A DNA stretch of 64,000 nt, taken from contig CAVPBK010000006.1 of the NCBI GenBank assembly GCA_963701855.1, forward strand, positions 896,001 to 960,000, in the 5' to 3' direction. Positions 1 through 10,007 of this stretch are shown in pieces. Source of the DNA: Nitrospirota bacterium. GTDB lineage: Bacteria > Nitrospirota > Nitrospiria > Nitrospirales > Nitrospiraceae. Below the pieces are notes generated by a model. That model did not search any database. It had not been told where the DNA came from and was given only the letters and a program-made list of their open reading frames with translations. Position 1 is the stretch's first letter, and each line of letters begins with the position of its first letter. The translations under genes were made by a program, and so were the position numbers.

Positions 1-218
1 ACCTCCGTGAGAACTCGCTGCAGGGATGAAGGCGTCAGGTTCGCATCCATGTCTTCGAGCTCTTGGCAGCGATCAAGTACCCAATTTAACCCTTCGATCC
101 GCCCGGCGTAATGTTCCTGTTCTGCGGTGTCAATCCGTGACATCGTGGTGGCAAATGTCTGGGCCTCGTAGATGAGATTATAAAAGCTGGTCACTGCTCG
201 CTGTAGGGTAGGATTCAT
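1..218 (-). CDS. hypothetical protein, runs off the window edge
   Basis: ATG at 218 with AAGGAG just upstream; open frame MNPTLQRAVTSFYNLIYEAQ... to position 1 (not in the ORF track). Confidence 0.7.
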   Translation of the reverse strand, partial: MNPTLQRAVTSFYNLIYEAQTFATTMSRIDTAEQEHYAGRIEGLNWVLDRCQELEDMDANLTPSSLQRVLTE

Positions 219-294
219 GTCGCTCCTTTGCACAAAATATCAACCGTCTGATTATACATGAGAATGCCAAGGTGACAAGGAAAAAATTGTTGGG

Positions 295-624
295 CTAGGT
301 AAACAGGAGATCATGAAACTCGTTCATGAATCCGTAATAGAGCGGGGCGAAATCTTTGAGACTCTCGGGGCTAGTTTCTTTGAGACGTTTGAAGAAAAGG
401 ACCTGTGTACGAGAGTCGATCTGTTCAAGGAGCTGCCCCAAATTAGCCATGGTAAAGCTGCCGATTGGAACACTGAGCACATAGTGCACGAGGCGTTCAA
501 CAAATTGTTGAGCAAGATATTCGCTGGTGAGGTAGCCTTCCGGGAGTTTTCCTGAAGCCAGAAACTCGTCGAAAGGTATGGCTTGCGCAGCAAATGGGAC
601 AGATGGTTGCTGACTAGAGGTCAC
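295..624 (-). CDS. hypothetical protein
   Basis: ORF 295..720; the protein-like part MTSSQQPSVPFAAQAIPFDEFL... suggests a GTG start at 624; start uncertain. Confidence 0.65.
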   Translation of the reverse strand: MTSSQQPSVPFAAQAIPFDEFLASGKLPEGYLTSEYLAQQFVERLVHYVLSVPIGSFTMANLGQLLEQIDSRTQVLFFKRLKETSPESLKDFAPLYYGFMNEFHDLLFT

Positions 625-769
625 GCCGATGATACCCCAGCTTGTGTTAGAGGAACCGTAGACACCAGCAACTCTACTGGACCTCTTGGAGCACGTCAAG
701 TGCGCAGAAGAAGCAACCAAAGCCTGAGTCGAAAGACTGGTGAAGACTCAAAAAGCTTGGGTCAAATAG

Positions 770-802
770 AAGGGGCGGAGTCCCCGAGGAACTCCGCCCC
801 TT
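770..802 (-). terminator. stem-loop terminator downstream of nxrB
   Basis: 12-bp perfect inverted repeat AAGGGGCGGAGT/ACTCCGCCCCTT with a 9-nt loop, 25 nt after the nxrB stop, followed by a T-rich tract on the minus strand. Confidence 0.75.
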
Positions 803-826
803 GTCACGCGCTGGTCGCGCCGACGC

Positions 827-2116
827 CTACAACCAGTTGACGCGTTCGGCGGGCCGAATGTAGATCGGCTCTTCGACCTGAATCCGCGCCACTTCCTTCC
901 CCGACTTGTTGAAGCCCAGCACGGTATCGTTGTACATCTCGAACCGTTTCCCGTGGATCTGGGTTTCGAACACTTTGGGGCCCGGAATGACATCGTACCG
1001 GAAGACGATCTGCTGGCTGGCGCGCCAGAGCTGGAGCACGGCCAAGAGTTCCCGGCTGGGCACCAGATACTTTTCAATGGCATTATCCACGCCCGGGCCG
1101 AACATCTGGCGCGCATAGCCGCGGGGGCTATGCCGCGGGGGGATGTAGTAGCCATTGGGCTCCGTGCCCCACTGCGGGTACAGGGGCAGCGCCACCTGCT
1201 CGACACGAATGGTGTAGTAGAGCGGATGCCACCGATCTTCCGCCCACAGGCCATCGTCGCCGATGCGCATGAGACTCTGCATGCGGATCTTCCCGACACA
1301 GGCCGCCATACAGCGGGTTTCCATCGGCTCGCCCCCGGTCAGCGGATCCTTCCCTTCAATGCGCGGATAGCAGGCAATGCACTTCTCCGAGACGCGCGTG
1401 GTGCCGCGATACATCGGTTTCTTGTAGGGACATTGTTCGACACACTTCTTGTACCCCCGGCACCGATTCTGGTCGATCAAGACAATGCCGTCTTCGGGCC
1501 GCTTGTAGATCGCCTTGCGGGGGCAGGCTGCCAAGCACCCGGGATACGTGCAGTGGTTGCAAATCCGTTGGAGATAGAAGAAGAAGGTCTCGTGCTCCGG
1601 CAGACTACTGCCCGTCATCTTCCACGGTTCGTCCCGGGAGAACCCGGTCTTATCGATGCCTTCCACGAGGGCGCGCATCGAGGTGGCCGTGTCTTCGTAG
1701 ATATTCACGAACCGCCACTCCTGGTCCGTCGGAATATAGCCGATCGCCGCCTGCCCCACCTTGGCCCCGGCGTCGAAAATGGTCATGCCTTCAAACACGC
1801 CGTAGGGGGCATGGTGCTTGCGGCCCACCCGGACGTTCCAGACCTGGCCCCCCGGGTTCACCTGCTCGATGAGCTGGGTAATCTTCACATCGTAGAACTG
1901 GGGGTACCCGCCGTACGGCTTGGTTTCCACATTGTTCCACCACATGTATTCCTGCCCTTTGGAGAAGAGCCAGGTGGACTTGTCCGCCATCGAACAGGTC
2001 TGACAGGCCAAACACCGGTTAATATTAAACACAAAGGCAAACTGCCACTTCGGATGCCGCTCCTCGTAGGGATACAGCATCTTCCGTCCCAGGTGCCAGT
2101 TATACACTTCAGGCAT
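827..2116 (-). CDS. nxrB: nitrite oxidoreductase beta subunit (Fe-S)
   Basis: 429 aa; Fe-S motifs CLACQTCSMAD, CNHCTYPGCLAAC, CRGYKKCVEQC, CIAC...CMAAC; NarH-like; directly downstream of nxrA. Confidence 0.97.
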   Translation of the reverse strand: MPEVYNWHLGRKMLYPYEERHPKWQFAFVFNINRCLACQTCSMADKSTWLFSKGQEYMWWNNVETKPYGGYPQFYDVKITQLIEQVNPGGQVWNVRVGRKHHAPYGVFEGMTIFDAGAKVGQAAIGYIPTDQEWRFVNIYEDTATSMRALVEGIDKTGFSRDEPWKMTGSSLPEHETFFFYLQRICNHCTYPGCLAACPRKAIYKRPEDGIVLIDQNRCRGYKKCVEQCPYKKPMYRGTTRVSEKCIACYPRIEGKDPLTGGEPMETRCMAACVGKIRMQSLMRIGDDGLWAEDRWHPLYYTIRVEQVALPLYPQWGTEPNGYYIPPRHSPRGYARQMFGPGVDNAIEKYLVPSRELLAVLQLWRASQQIVFRYDVIPGPKVFETQIHGKRFEMYNDTVLGFNKSGKEVARIQVEEPIYIRPAERVNWL

Positions 2117-2185
2117 GGTGGTTCCTCCTCATTCTTCGTTCACCGCGATTCCTCGCCGTCGATTCCCATGGCACACGTACCGTCC

Positions 2186-5100
2186 TCAGACTTTAATCTT
2201 GATGTGTTCGCCTTTGAGCCACTTGATCATGAACTCATTCTCTTGGCCCGGCGTGAAGCCCGTCCGCACCGGCTCCCAGGGTCCCCGAGCCCCGATCCCG
2301 CCGTCTTCGGCCTTGGTGATCCGGATGAGACATTCCTTCGGCACGGTATTGATCGCATGGTGATCGACCTGATAGCCCCACTTAAACTTCCAGGCGATGG
2401 CATGCTTGCCGGGCAACGAGTCGGTCTGATGCATCGGCATCAGCCAGTTCCGCGTAAAGGACTGTTGGGCTCCGTACCGGAAGTTCGACTGATAGCCCGT
2501 GTCCACGGCAATGGCGCGGCCGTCCGGGCGCGTCTCATGGCCCTTGACCGACTTGGGCGTGGCCACGTAGGGCGCGTGCTTCGCCATCGTGACGTGGTAG
2601 GGATAGGCCGGATTGTACTTGGCCCGAATCATGAGGCGCGCCACCTTATAGTAGGGATCCGAGGGCTTCCAGCCGCGATAGGGCCGGTCCACCGGATTGC
2701 CGTCCACATAGACATAGTCGCCGTCGTTGATCCCGCGGTCTTTCGCCGCCTGCGGGTTGATGTGCAGCTGGTGCTCGCCCACCCCCGGGGTCCGTTTGTC
2801 CATGCGGTACGGATCGCCGAAGTTCGACTCATAAATCTGCACCCAGTCGTTCACGGACCATTGGCTGTGCACCCGATGGCGGGTCTTGGGCGTGACGCAG
2901 TAGAACTGGTAGCCCTTCTCCCACAAGGGGTTCGCATGGCGCTTAATTTCCTGCCACGGCAGCTTGATGTTCCGCACCGTTTTATCGTCATGGTGCTGCG
3001 CCGTGATCGGAATCCCGTAATCGTCCGGCCGGACATAGGGGTTGGTGGTCATGATCGCATTCGGCAGATAGGGGGTCGCTTCCGTCCCTTCGCGGTGTGA
3101 AATGAAGTTTTCGCCATATTCGATCGCTTCCGGCTCGGTTCGGTAATTTTCATACCGCCCGGTTCGGGTCCACATGGGTTTCGACTCGTTGGTCTCTTCC
3201 CAAAACGGCGTACGCGGATAGGTCCGCACCATGACCATCCAGCCCTTTTCGGATTTCAGCATGACATCGGCGCTGTAGCCGTAGAAGGTACTGGAGGCAT
3301 CGAGCATCCGTTGGGCATAGACATCGACGCGGTTTTCGTAGACGAACTTGAAGTAGTCGCGCATCCGCTTGTCGCCGGTCATATCCGACAACTTGGCCGC
3401 CACCCCGGCAAAGGTATCGAGGTCGTTCCGCGTGTCGTACAGCGGCCGGATCCCCCCCTTCCAGATCTGGATCCAGGGGTTCGACACCGTCACCGTCATC
3501 TCGGGATAGGTGAACTCCATCCAGGAGTTCGCGGCGAAGGCGATATCGTTATGGTTCACGTCCGAGGTCATCTCGATGTCCTGACAGATCAGGGTCTCGA
3601 TATTCGGATCGACGTTCTTGACCATGTCGTAGTGGTGCTTGGCGTTGTTCAGCACGTTCACATTGACCACCCAGCGGAACTTGCTCGGGGTCGGCATGTG
3701 CGTTTTGCCCGTAAACACCTTGCGCCCATACTTGGGGGTGCTGACGATCAAGGCGGTATCGCCATGGTTCCAGTAGCCGACCTCTTCGCCGTAGTAATAC
3801 GAGTTGGTCTTGATCTCCTTGCCGTGCGCGTTCGGATCGAGCGTGATGTTGAAGGGATCCTCCCCGGTGTGCACCGCGAGTCCCGCCCCAGACCAGGGTG
3901 TTGCCGTCCATGTTCCCGCCTTGTAGTTGCCGGCCCAAGTATGCTGCCCGGTGCCGAACTTGCCCACGTTGCCCGTGACGATGAGCACCATCGCTGCTCC
4001 GCGCGCATTCACAGTTTGATGGAAATAATGACAGGTTCCTTCGCCGTTGTGAATGGCGGCGGGCTTGATCGAGCCGGAATCCCGGGCCCAGCGGACCAAC
4101 AGATCCTTCGGCGTCCGGCAAATCTGATGGACGGTGTCCAGGTCATAGTCCTGGAAATGCACCAAATACATCTGCCAGACCGGCATCGCATCGACTTCGC
4201 GCCCATTGAGCAACTTCACGCGATAGGTCCCGGTGAGGGCGGCATCGATGCCACTGTTCTGATAATGCCAGCCGACCTGCTCCCGGTGCAGCGGGACCGC
4301 CTGCTTCTTGTTCAGATCCCAGACCATCATGCCGCCGAGCCGCGCAACCTGCGCCGGGTTCAGCGACTGTACCCGGCCCGAATAGCTCTTGGAGAAGTCC
4401 GGGAACTGGTAGTCCGCCACCACATCGCGCGGATCCAGGAATTGCAAGGTGTCGGTGCGGACGAGCATGGGCGAATCGGTAAAGCCCTTCAAGAAGTCGG
4501 TGTCGTGCATATTCTCATCGACGATGATCTTCATGGCGCCCAAGAAAATCGCGCCATCCGATGCGGGCCGGAGCGGCATCCAGTAGTCCGCCCGATAGGC
4601 GGTCGGGTTATACTCCGGCGTGATCACGACGATCCGGGCCCCCCGCTCGATACACTCGAGCTTCCAGTGGGCTTCCGGCATCTTGTTCTCGACGAAGTTC
4701 TTGCCCCAGCTCGTGTTCAACTTGGAGAACCGCATGTCGGAAAGGTCGATGTCCGACCCCTGCGCTCCGCACCACCAAGGGTGGGCTGGATTCTGGTCGC
4801 CGTGCCAGGTATAGTTCGACCAATAGCGGCCCCCCTGCGCCTGTTCGGGGCCGACCTTCCGGATCCAGGTATCCAGGAGCGCGTTGACGCCCCCGTTCAT
4901 GCGGGTGTTGCCCATTTTGCCGATGATCCCGAGGACCGGCATGCCCGCGCGATGCTTGAAGCAGCGCGTACCCGCGCCCTTCATCATCTCGATCATTTCC
5001 GGCGCATAGCCCTGCTCCCGCAGCCGCCGCGCGCCGGCCTCCCCGCTGTACCGTGTGGCAATGATGATCATGGCCTTGGCCGCATAGGTGAACGCCGTAT

Positions 5101-5623
5101 CCCACGACACCCGCAGCATATCGTCCAGAAAGCGGGCGTCGAACTTATACTTGCGCTTCGCCTCCGACGAGAGCTCCGGGGAGCCCGCGTCCATCCACTC
5201 CTTCCAGCCCTTGCGCATCAACGGCCCTTTCAACCGATAGGGGCCATAGACCCGGCGGTGGAAGGTAAACCCCTTCAAGCACATGCGCGGGTTGTGGGCA
5301 AAGGTCCCGCGGTTGCCGTAGAGATCTTCATAGGTCTGGTGGTCGTAATTCTGCTCGACCCGCATCACCACGCCGTTCCGGACAAAGGCCCGCACGCGGC
5401 AGGCATGCGTGTCATTCGGGGAACAGACCCAGGTAAACGATGAATCGTACCGATACTGGTCGTGATAGACCCGCTCCCAGGACCGGTCCGGATAGTCTCC
5501 CAACGGGTTCCCGACTTCGATGACCGGCTGGAGTGCGGTCAGCGCCAGCACATTGTCCGCCACGGCCACGGCCGCGACCGTCCCCGCCGTCACTTTTAAG
5601 AACTGCCTCCGTGACAAAAACAT
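2186..5623 (-). CDS. nxrA: nitrite oxidoreductase alpha subunit, periplasmic molybdoenzyme
   Basis: 1145 aa; twin-arginine signal SRRQFLK; Fe-S motif CSPNDTHAC...C; NYTWHGDQ Mo-ligand region; GGAGG RBS. Confidence 0.97.
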   Translation of the reverse strand: MFLSRRQFLKVTAGTVAAVAVADNVLALTALQPVIEVGNPLGDYPDRSWERVYHDQYRYDSSFTWVCSPNDTHACRVRAFVRNGVVMRVEQNYDHQTYEDLYGNRGTFAHNPRMCLKGFTFHRRVYGPYRLKGPLMRKGWKEWMDAGSPELSSEAKRKYKFDARFLDDMLRVSWDTAFTYAAKAMIIIATRYSGEAGARRLREQGYAPEMIEMMKGAGTRCFKHRAGMPVLGIIGKMGNTRMNGGVNALLDTWIRKVGPEQAQGGRYWSNYTWHGDQNPAHPWWCGAQGSDIDLSDMRFSKLNTSWGKNFVENKMPEAHWKLECIERGARIVVITPEYNPTAYRADYWMPLRPASDGAIFLGAMKIIVDENMHDTDFLKGFTDSPMLVRTDTLQFLDPRDVVADYQFPDFSKSYSGRVQSLNPAQVARLGGMMVWDLNKKQAVPLHREQVGWHYQNSGIDAALTGTYRVKLLNGREVDAMPVWQMYLVHFQDYDLDTVHQICRTPKDLLVRWARDSGSIKPAAIHNGEGTCHYFHQTVNARGAAMVLIVTGNVGKFGTGQHTWAGNYKAGTWTATPWSGAGLAVHTGEDPFNITLDPNAHGKEIKTNSYYYGEEVGYWNHGDTALIVSTPKYGRKVFTGKTHMPTPSKFRWVVNVNVLNNAKHHYDMVKNVDPNIETLICQDIEMTSDVNHNDIAFAANSWMEFTYPEMTVTVSNPWIQIWKGGIRPLYDTRNDLDTFAGVAAKLSDMTGDKRMRDYFKFVYENRVDVYAQRMLDASSTFYGYSADVMLKSEKGWMVMVRTYPRTPFWEETNESKPMWTRTGRYENYRTEPEAIEYGENFISHREGTEATPYLPNAIMTTNPYVRPDDYGIPITAQHHDDKTVRNIKLPWQEIKRHANPLWEKGYQFYCVTPKTRHRVHSQWSVNDWVQIYESNFGDPYRMDKRTPGVGEHQLHINPQAAKDRGINDGDYVYVDGNPVDRPYRGWKPSDPYYKVARLMIRAKYNPAYPYHVTMAKHAPYVATPKSVKGHETRPDGRAIAVDTGYQSNFRYGAQQSFTRNWLMPMHQTDSLPGKHAIAWKFKWGYQVDHHAINTVPKECLIRITKAEDGGIGARGPWEPVRTGFTPGQENEFMIKWLKGEHIKIKV

Positions 5624-5749
5624 GGGTCACACCTCCTACAGTTAGAGAGCTACCGTAAAAAAGAAGCGAACATAACAATTAGCTATCAGATCATGCTCCA
5701 TACCGTCTCTTATATTGGGTTTCTGGCATTTCCATGGACGCTGTCTAGT

Positions 5750-5765
5750 CGCAATACGCACACCA
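5750..5765 (-). promoter_or_regulatory. candidate sigma-54 (-24/-12) promoter of nxrAB
   Basis: minus strand TGGTGTGCGTATTGCG (GG-N10-GC with TTGC) about 125 bp upstream of nxrA; IHF-like sites at 5802-5814 and 5933-5945. Confidence 0.55.
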
Positions 5766-6051
5766 CATTCGACATGTATATTGCATTTCGGTTGAGCGTG
5801 TTAAGTCATTGAATAATAAACCGTAAAGTGCCATTAAGATGATTATCTAAGAGGATCAAGATAAGTGCTATTGAGTATTTGCCGTATCACTTGTTCAATA
5901 CCTATTCGATTTCAATAGATAAGTATTCATTAAATCAACAGCTTGGCCGCAATGTTCACATGCTACCATTTGGTATCATTATTGAGTCGTTGTAACAAAA
6001 GTAACAGGATAACGATAACTAATGAGCAGCGTGGCAGACAAGATTGATTGC

Positions 6052-6081
6052 TTGACAGCTTCGTTCCTACATCAGTAAAAT
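6052..6081 (+). promoter_or_regulatory. sigma-70 promoter of tRNA-Gly
   Basis: TTGACA-18 nt-TAAAAT, ending 27 nt upstream of the tRNA. Confidence 0.7.
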
Positions 6082-6108
6082 CCCACCCCTCTGACTGATT
6101 GTGATCGA

Positions 6109-6183
6109 GCGGGAATAGCTCAGTGGTAGAGCATCGCCTTGCCAAGGCGAGGGTCGCGGGTTCAAATCCCGTTTCCCGCTCCA
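6109..6183 (+). tRNA. tRNA-Gly(GCC)
   Basis: GCGGGAA/TTCCCGC acceptor stem, D arm, anticodon stem CGCCT-TGCCA-AGGCG, GGTTCAAATCC T arm, encoded CCA. Confidence 0.97.
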
Positions 6184-6528
6184 GTATTCAGTCTTCTTCT
6201 CAAGATGCCTTCCTCTCCCCGTGCATCATGCATGGGGGCCATCACGTTGTTCACCGGTTGGAGTGCTTCTCTCCGCAGGTCAAGCAGACCACAGACATAA
6301 TTGACGTAACCGTTGCATCGGTCGAAGAGGCCGTTCGTACTCTGTACGATGTTGCGATTACACACCGGTGCGACCAGTTGCCGCTTGATGCACTATCGGA
6401 AGCGCGAGTTTTTCTCAAGTGTGAAAAACTTTCAGCGCGGCGGCGTGATGCTTACTGGAGGCAATGTGGAGTGGTTGCGGCCCTGCTCACATCTGGACGG
6501 GAGCTAGACTATGCGGCGATACGGGTGG

Positions 6529-8721
6529 CTAGCGAGCCCCGTGCATGAGGGTTTGTATCCGCCCCACCTGTTCAGCGGCACGAGAGAGTTCGCCCGCGGT
6601 AAGCGGGGTTCGACTATATCGTCCCTGGTGGTAGAGGGCCGTCACGTCAGCTACCATAGGGCTGGCCACTTTCCATTTCCGTTCAACCAGTCTGGCAAAT
6701 TCACTGGCTGTGGAAGATGGAGGTTTGCTCACGCCGTGTCTCTCCACTATACGAACCATGCGATTATAGAGCTGGACGATCGCGAGCTGCGGATGCGACG
6801 TCGGAAGATGGATGGTCGCCCAGAGCCCTATCCTATCCCGAAGCATGAGGAGAAGCAGGGCCAAGCCGACCACAATCACTCCTGTCACGAGTCCCAGCAT
6901 GCCGGGCTGAAACGTTCGGACCATGTGCGCCAGGCGGCTGAAAGCCTGGCCTATCGGAGCGCTGAACAATGAACTCCAGCGACTCATCCGTTCACGCACT
7001 GCATCACTGCCCTCTCGTACTCCATGAACGACTGCCAGTTGATCCTTTGCGCTATAATGGACGAACAGGCGATCCCACTGTAGCCAAATGGATTCTCCGA
7101 GTCGGGTGATGGATTCCCAGCGATTTGTGGCGACTGTTGCACTGATCGTAGGGGTAGGATCCATGATGATCCAGCCTGAGTGAGGAAAGTAGACCTCGAC
7201 CCAAGCATGGGCATCCCGCTGACGCACGGTGAAGTAGCCCCCGTATTCGTTCCATTCCGTGGCCAAAAACCCTGTCACCAATCGAGCGGGAATACCTATG
7301 GTCCGCAGCATCACAACCATGGCGGTTGCGTAATGTTCGCAGTACCCGGTTTTGCGTGTAAAAAGAAATTCGTCGAGCGGGTGGCTGAGCGTTGCTGTGT
7401 CGGCTTCAAGGCTGTAACGGTAATTCTCCAAGAGATGTTGCTGGATCGCCATCATTCGCCCGAATGGGGTCGCGGCCTGTTGGGTGACACGATGTGCCAA
7501 ATCTGCCACCTGCTGTGACCCCAGGGGAACTTGAAGATAGTGGGAACGAATTAAGTCGGGATAGGCCAGGGCCGACGCAATTCGTTCGGCAGTGACGAGC
7601 TGGGGAACTCGAGAGGTGACGGAGTATCGGATGCGGGAAAAAGGAGGAGATGACAAGTGGAGCCCACCCATGGCATCAGACTGTAAGGCTAGAAACTCGC
7701 CGCTCACAAGTTCAGCGAATGGTGCAGCAAACAGGACTGCGGTATCGAGCGGTTCCAACAGGATATCTTGGCGAATTGGTATGGACTGGCCGTTCGGAAG
7801 TTGGCTGCCAGCTAAGCGAGCGAGAAATGTTCCATCGGCCACGAGATTCAGCGAGCGCCGACGGGTTCCAGTATGACTCCATGATCGTCCATTGTACTGA
7901 TCGTAGGCGTGGCCCCTCAGGTAGAGGCGATCTTTTTCAACAGCGGGCTGGTCCGGTAATTCAACCCGCATGACGATCTGAGGGTCTTGCTTGACTGACC
8001 CGATCGTCCCTAGGTCAACTCGGTCGGAAAAGCCCGTCGTCCGCAGTGCTTCCCCGCTCGTCTTCTGCAGCACACCCGCGCCGATGCGAGGGATGAGAAA
8101 GAAAATGGCGAGCGTCAGGATAAGCGTCAGGACAGCAGTTCCGTTCGTCAACCAAAAGAATCGGTGAGTGATGCGGCTTGGGAATGCCGCGTGACAGACT
8201 GCCACGTTCGTGGGTGGGACACCGGACGGGGTTTCGCCCGTTTCTTGGGTCAAGTGATACAGCAAGAGTGTCCAGACTGCCACGAGCAAATACAGCAGAA
8301 AAATAGGGACATACCACGCATCAGTCGTCAGTGCCGCGGAAGCCAGGATGGCCATAAGACTAATCGCATAGAGATGCCGATAATCACGCCGCTGTTGAAG
8401 AGTGAGTAGCTTGATACTCAGCAGCACGACCAAAAAATGGATGCCCGCAGGGAGAAGGTCTCGTGATGCCACCGTAAGATCGATCAGCAATATGACAAAG
8501 GCACCGATCAATAGGACATTCCACAAGGCTGGAGAAACGGTCGCCTGTGCCATCGCCCGTCGAACGAAACGAACCCCTCCTGCGTGAAGCAGCGAGGTGA
8601 TGAGGATGATCGCTGTAGGGAAGGCGAGCCAGAGTGGGACGCTCTGCGCAAAGACAAGTCCGCTAAACGCTGTGGCGGCGAGAAGGACGGAGCTGAGGGC
8701 AAAGGCCTGATTAAAAGGCAT
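6529..8721 (-). CDS. DUF3488/transglutaminase (TgpA-like) membrane protein
   Basis: multi-TM N-terminus; catalytic motifs GYCEHYA, AHAWVE, DPTP; DUF4129-like C-terminus. Confidence 0.9.
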   Translation of the reverse strand: MPFNQAFALSSVLLAATAFSGLVFAQSVPLWLAFPTAIILITSLLHAGGVRFVRRAMAQATVSPALWNVLLIGAFVILLIDLTVASRDLLPAGIHFLVVLLSIKLLTLQQRRDYRHLYAISLMAILASAALTTDAWYVPIFLLYLLVAVWTLLLYHLTQETGETPSGVPPTNVAVCHAAFPSRITHRFFWLTNGTAVLTLILTLAIFFLIPRIGAGVLQKTSGEALRTTGFSDRVDLGTIGSVKQDPQIVMRVELPDQPAVEKDRLYLRGHAYDQYNGRSWSHTGTRRRSLNLVADGTFLARLAGSQLPNGQSIPIRQDILLEPLDTAVLFAAPFAELVSGEFLALQSDAMGGLHLSSPPFSRIRYSVTSRVPQLVTAERIASALAYPDLIRSHYLQVPLGSQQVADLAHRVTQQAATPFGRMMAIQQHLLENYRYSLEADTATLSHPLDEFLFTRKTGYCEHYATAMVVMLRTIGIPARLVTGFLATEWNEYGGYFTVRQRDAHAWVEVYFPHSGWIIMDPTPTISATVATNRWESITRLGESIWLQWDRLFVHYSAKDQLAVVHGVREGSDAVRERMSRWSSLFSAPIGQAFSRLAHMVRTFQPGMLGLVTGVIVVGLALLLLMLRDRIGLWATIHLPTSHPQLAIVQLYNRMVRIVERHGVSKPPSSTASEFARLVERKWKVASPMVADVTALYHQGRYSRTPLTAGELSRAAEQVGRIQTLMHGAR

Positions 8722-9859
8722 GTGTTAATTCTTCAAGTTGAGTGGCATGGAGTACCCGATCAGCTTGTACTGTATTTGCGGCTATCGCCTGGTCCGACCA
8801 GGGTACGACTGCCACTGTGTAGCCTCGCTCGCCTTCGTGGGTAAGTGGGGGGTACTCGCCGTCATGGCCGACTCCACCGACTTCAGGTGGCTGCCGCTGG
8901 CATAACGCCAACAGGCGCAGCATCGCCAAGAGGTGAGCAGGTCCAGACCCGAGTCCTGAGTCTTCTGTCCCTAGAATAAGCCGCACAGGGTAGGCCCGCT
9001 CTGTCAGTTGCCAGAGAAGTGATGCGACGAACGTCACGCTTCGTTCGAATAGAGATTCGCATTTTTCAGGGGCTACAATCGAGAGAACGACGGTGATGCG
9101 TCGTTGATCCTCCGCTTCGGTTTCCCGCACGATCAGCTGAGACGTGCGGGCGGTTGTCATCCAATGGATGGCTCGCGAGTCATCGCCTGGTTGATACAGG
9201 CGGAGGTTGTACAGCTGGATCCCATGTCCTCGTCGTGGGAGAGACTCCCCCTGCCCTTCGCTGACTAATTCATCCACGAATCGCAAGGTGAGCGGCTTGA
9301 CGGGAGGACTGACGAGCAAATGAACCTCCGTGGAATAGAGCCCTTTCTTGAGAAACAGTCCAAAGGGAAATAGCGTCTGCGCCCGGATCCCTTCGAACCG
9401 GATCCAGCCTCGTTTTGTGGCAAGCAGTGGATAGGACAGGAGTGCGGAACTCTGCGGGGGCAGGAGGCGAATCGCAAGACCTCGGTCGACATCTTGGCCT
9501 TCGACGACATCGAATAGACGCAAGGAAAAACTGGGCAAGTGCCGGTTCCGATTGGCAACCGTAATGGTGAGGGTGGTCGGCTCATTGGCCATGATGAGAT
9601 CGGGCACATGCCGACGAAATTCCAATCGCCGAAGGCAATGCTCCGAGAGCAATCCGGAAATCACGATGAGACTGAGCATCATTGCGAGGAGTAAGTAAAA
9701 CAGATTGTTGCCGGTGTTGATGGCGGCGAGCCCGATTCCGAATGTGAAGAGAAGAAACCTGGTCCCTTCAGACGTGAGACGAATCGACCGCCACCGGGAC
9801 ATGCCCTTGACGAAGGAGAAGGCTGGGAAGCCACGGAGACCGAGGAGTGGGTGTTTCAC
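8711..9859 (-). CDS. DUF58 domain protein
   Basis: AAINTGNNL TM segment; LRLYQPGDDSRAIHWMTTAR motif; lies between MoxR and transglutaminase genes. Confidence 0.9.
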   Translation of the reverse strand: MKHPLLGLRGFPAFSFVKGMSRWRSIRLTSEGTRFLLFTFGIGLAAINTGNNLFYLLLAMMLSLIVISGLLSEHCLRRLEFRRHVPDLIMANEPTTLTITVANRNRHLPSFSLRLFDVVEGQDVDRGLAIRLLPPQSSALLSYPLLATKRGWIRFEGIRAQTLFPFGLFLKKGLYSTEVHLLVSPPVKPLTLRFVDELVSEGQGESLPRRGHGIQLYNLRLYQPGDDSRAIHWMTTARTSQLIVRETEAEDQRRITVVLSIVAPEKCESLFERSVTFVASLLWQLTERAYPVRLILGTEDSGLGSGPAHLLAMLRLLALCQRQPPEVGGVGHDGEYPPLTHEGERGYTVAVVPWSDQAIAANTVQADRVLHATQLEELTHAF

Positions 9860-9919
9860 ACGCGTAGTTCATCCAGTTGGCCGGCTGGCAGGATATTGAA
9901 ACAGTCCGCCAGCCTCTAA

Positions 9920-10000
9920 AACACGAGACGAGCAGGCCTGACGCGCAAGCCCTGATTCCAAGTGTCTTGCCTTTCCCGCCAGTCTCGCGTGTCGAGCGTG
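9920..10000. repeat. GC-rich imperfect palindrome (CGAGAC/GTCTCG family)
   Basis: ACACGAGACGAGCAGG...CCCGCCAGTCTCGCGTGT; loosely similar tracts at ~14150-14250 and ~63260-63338. Confidence 0.45.
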
Positions 10001-10007
10001 GCTATTA

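Noticed and set aside
953..5443. Two very long + strand ORFs (715 and 710 aa) antisense to nxrAB
   Set aside because: Shadow frames of strongly codon-biased GC-rich genes; no motifs
827..5623. Respiratory nitrate reductase narGH
   Set aside because: TAT signal, no narJI, and Nitrospira-type sequence features favour periplasmic NXR
6109..6530. tRNA-Gly as an integration site for an island
   Set aside because: No integrase, and I saw no duplicated tRNA 3' end in the window
6123..6548. 141-aa ORF after the tRNA promoter
   Set aside because: Starts inside tRNA-Gly and overlaps the transglutaminase gene end; no recognisable motifs; a shorter version cannot be supported
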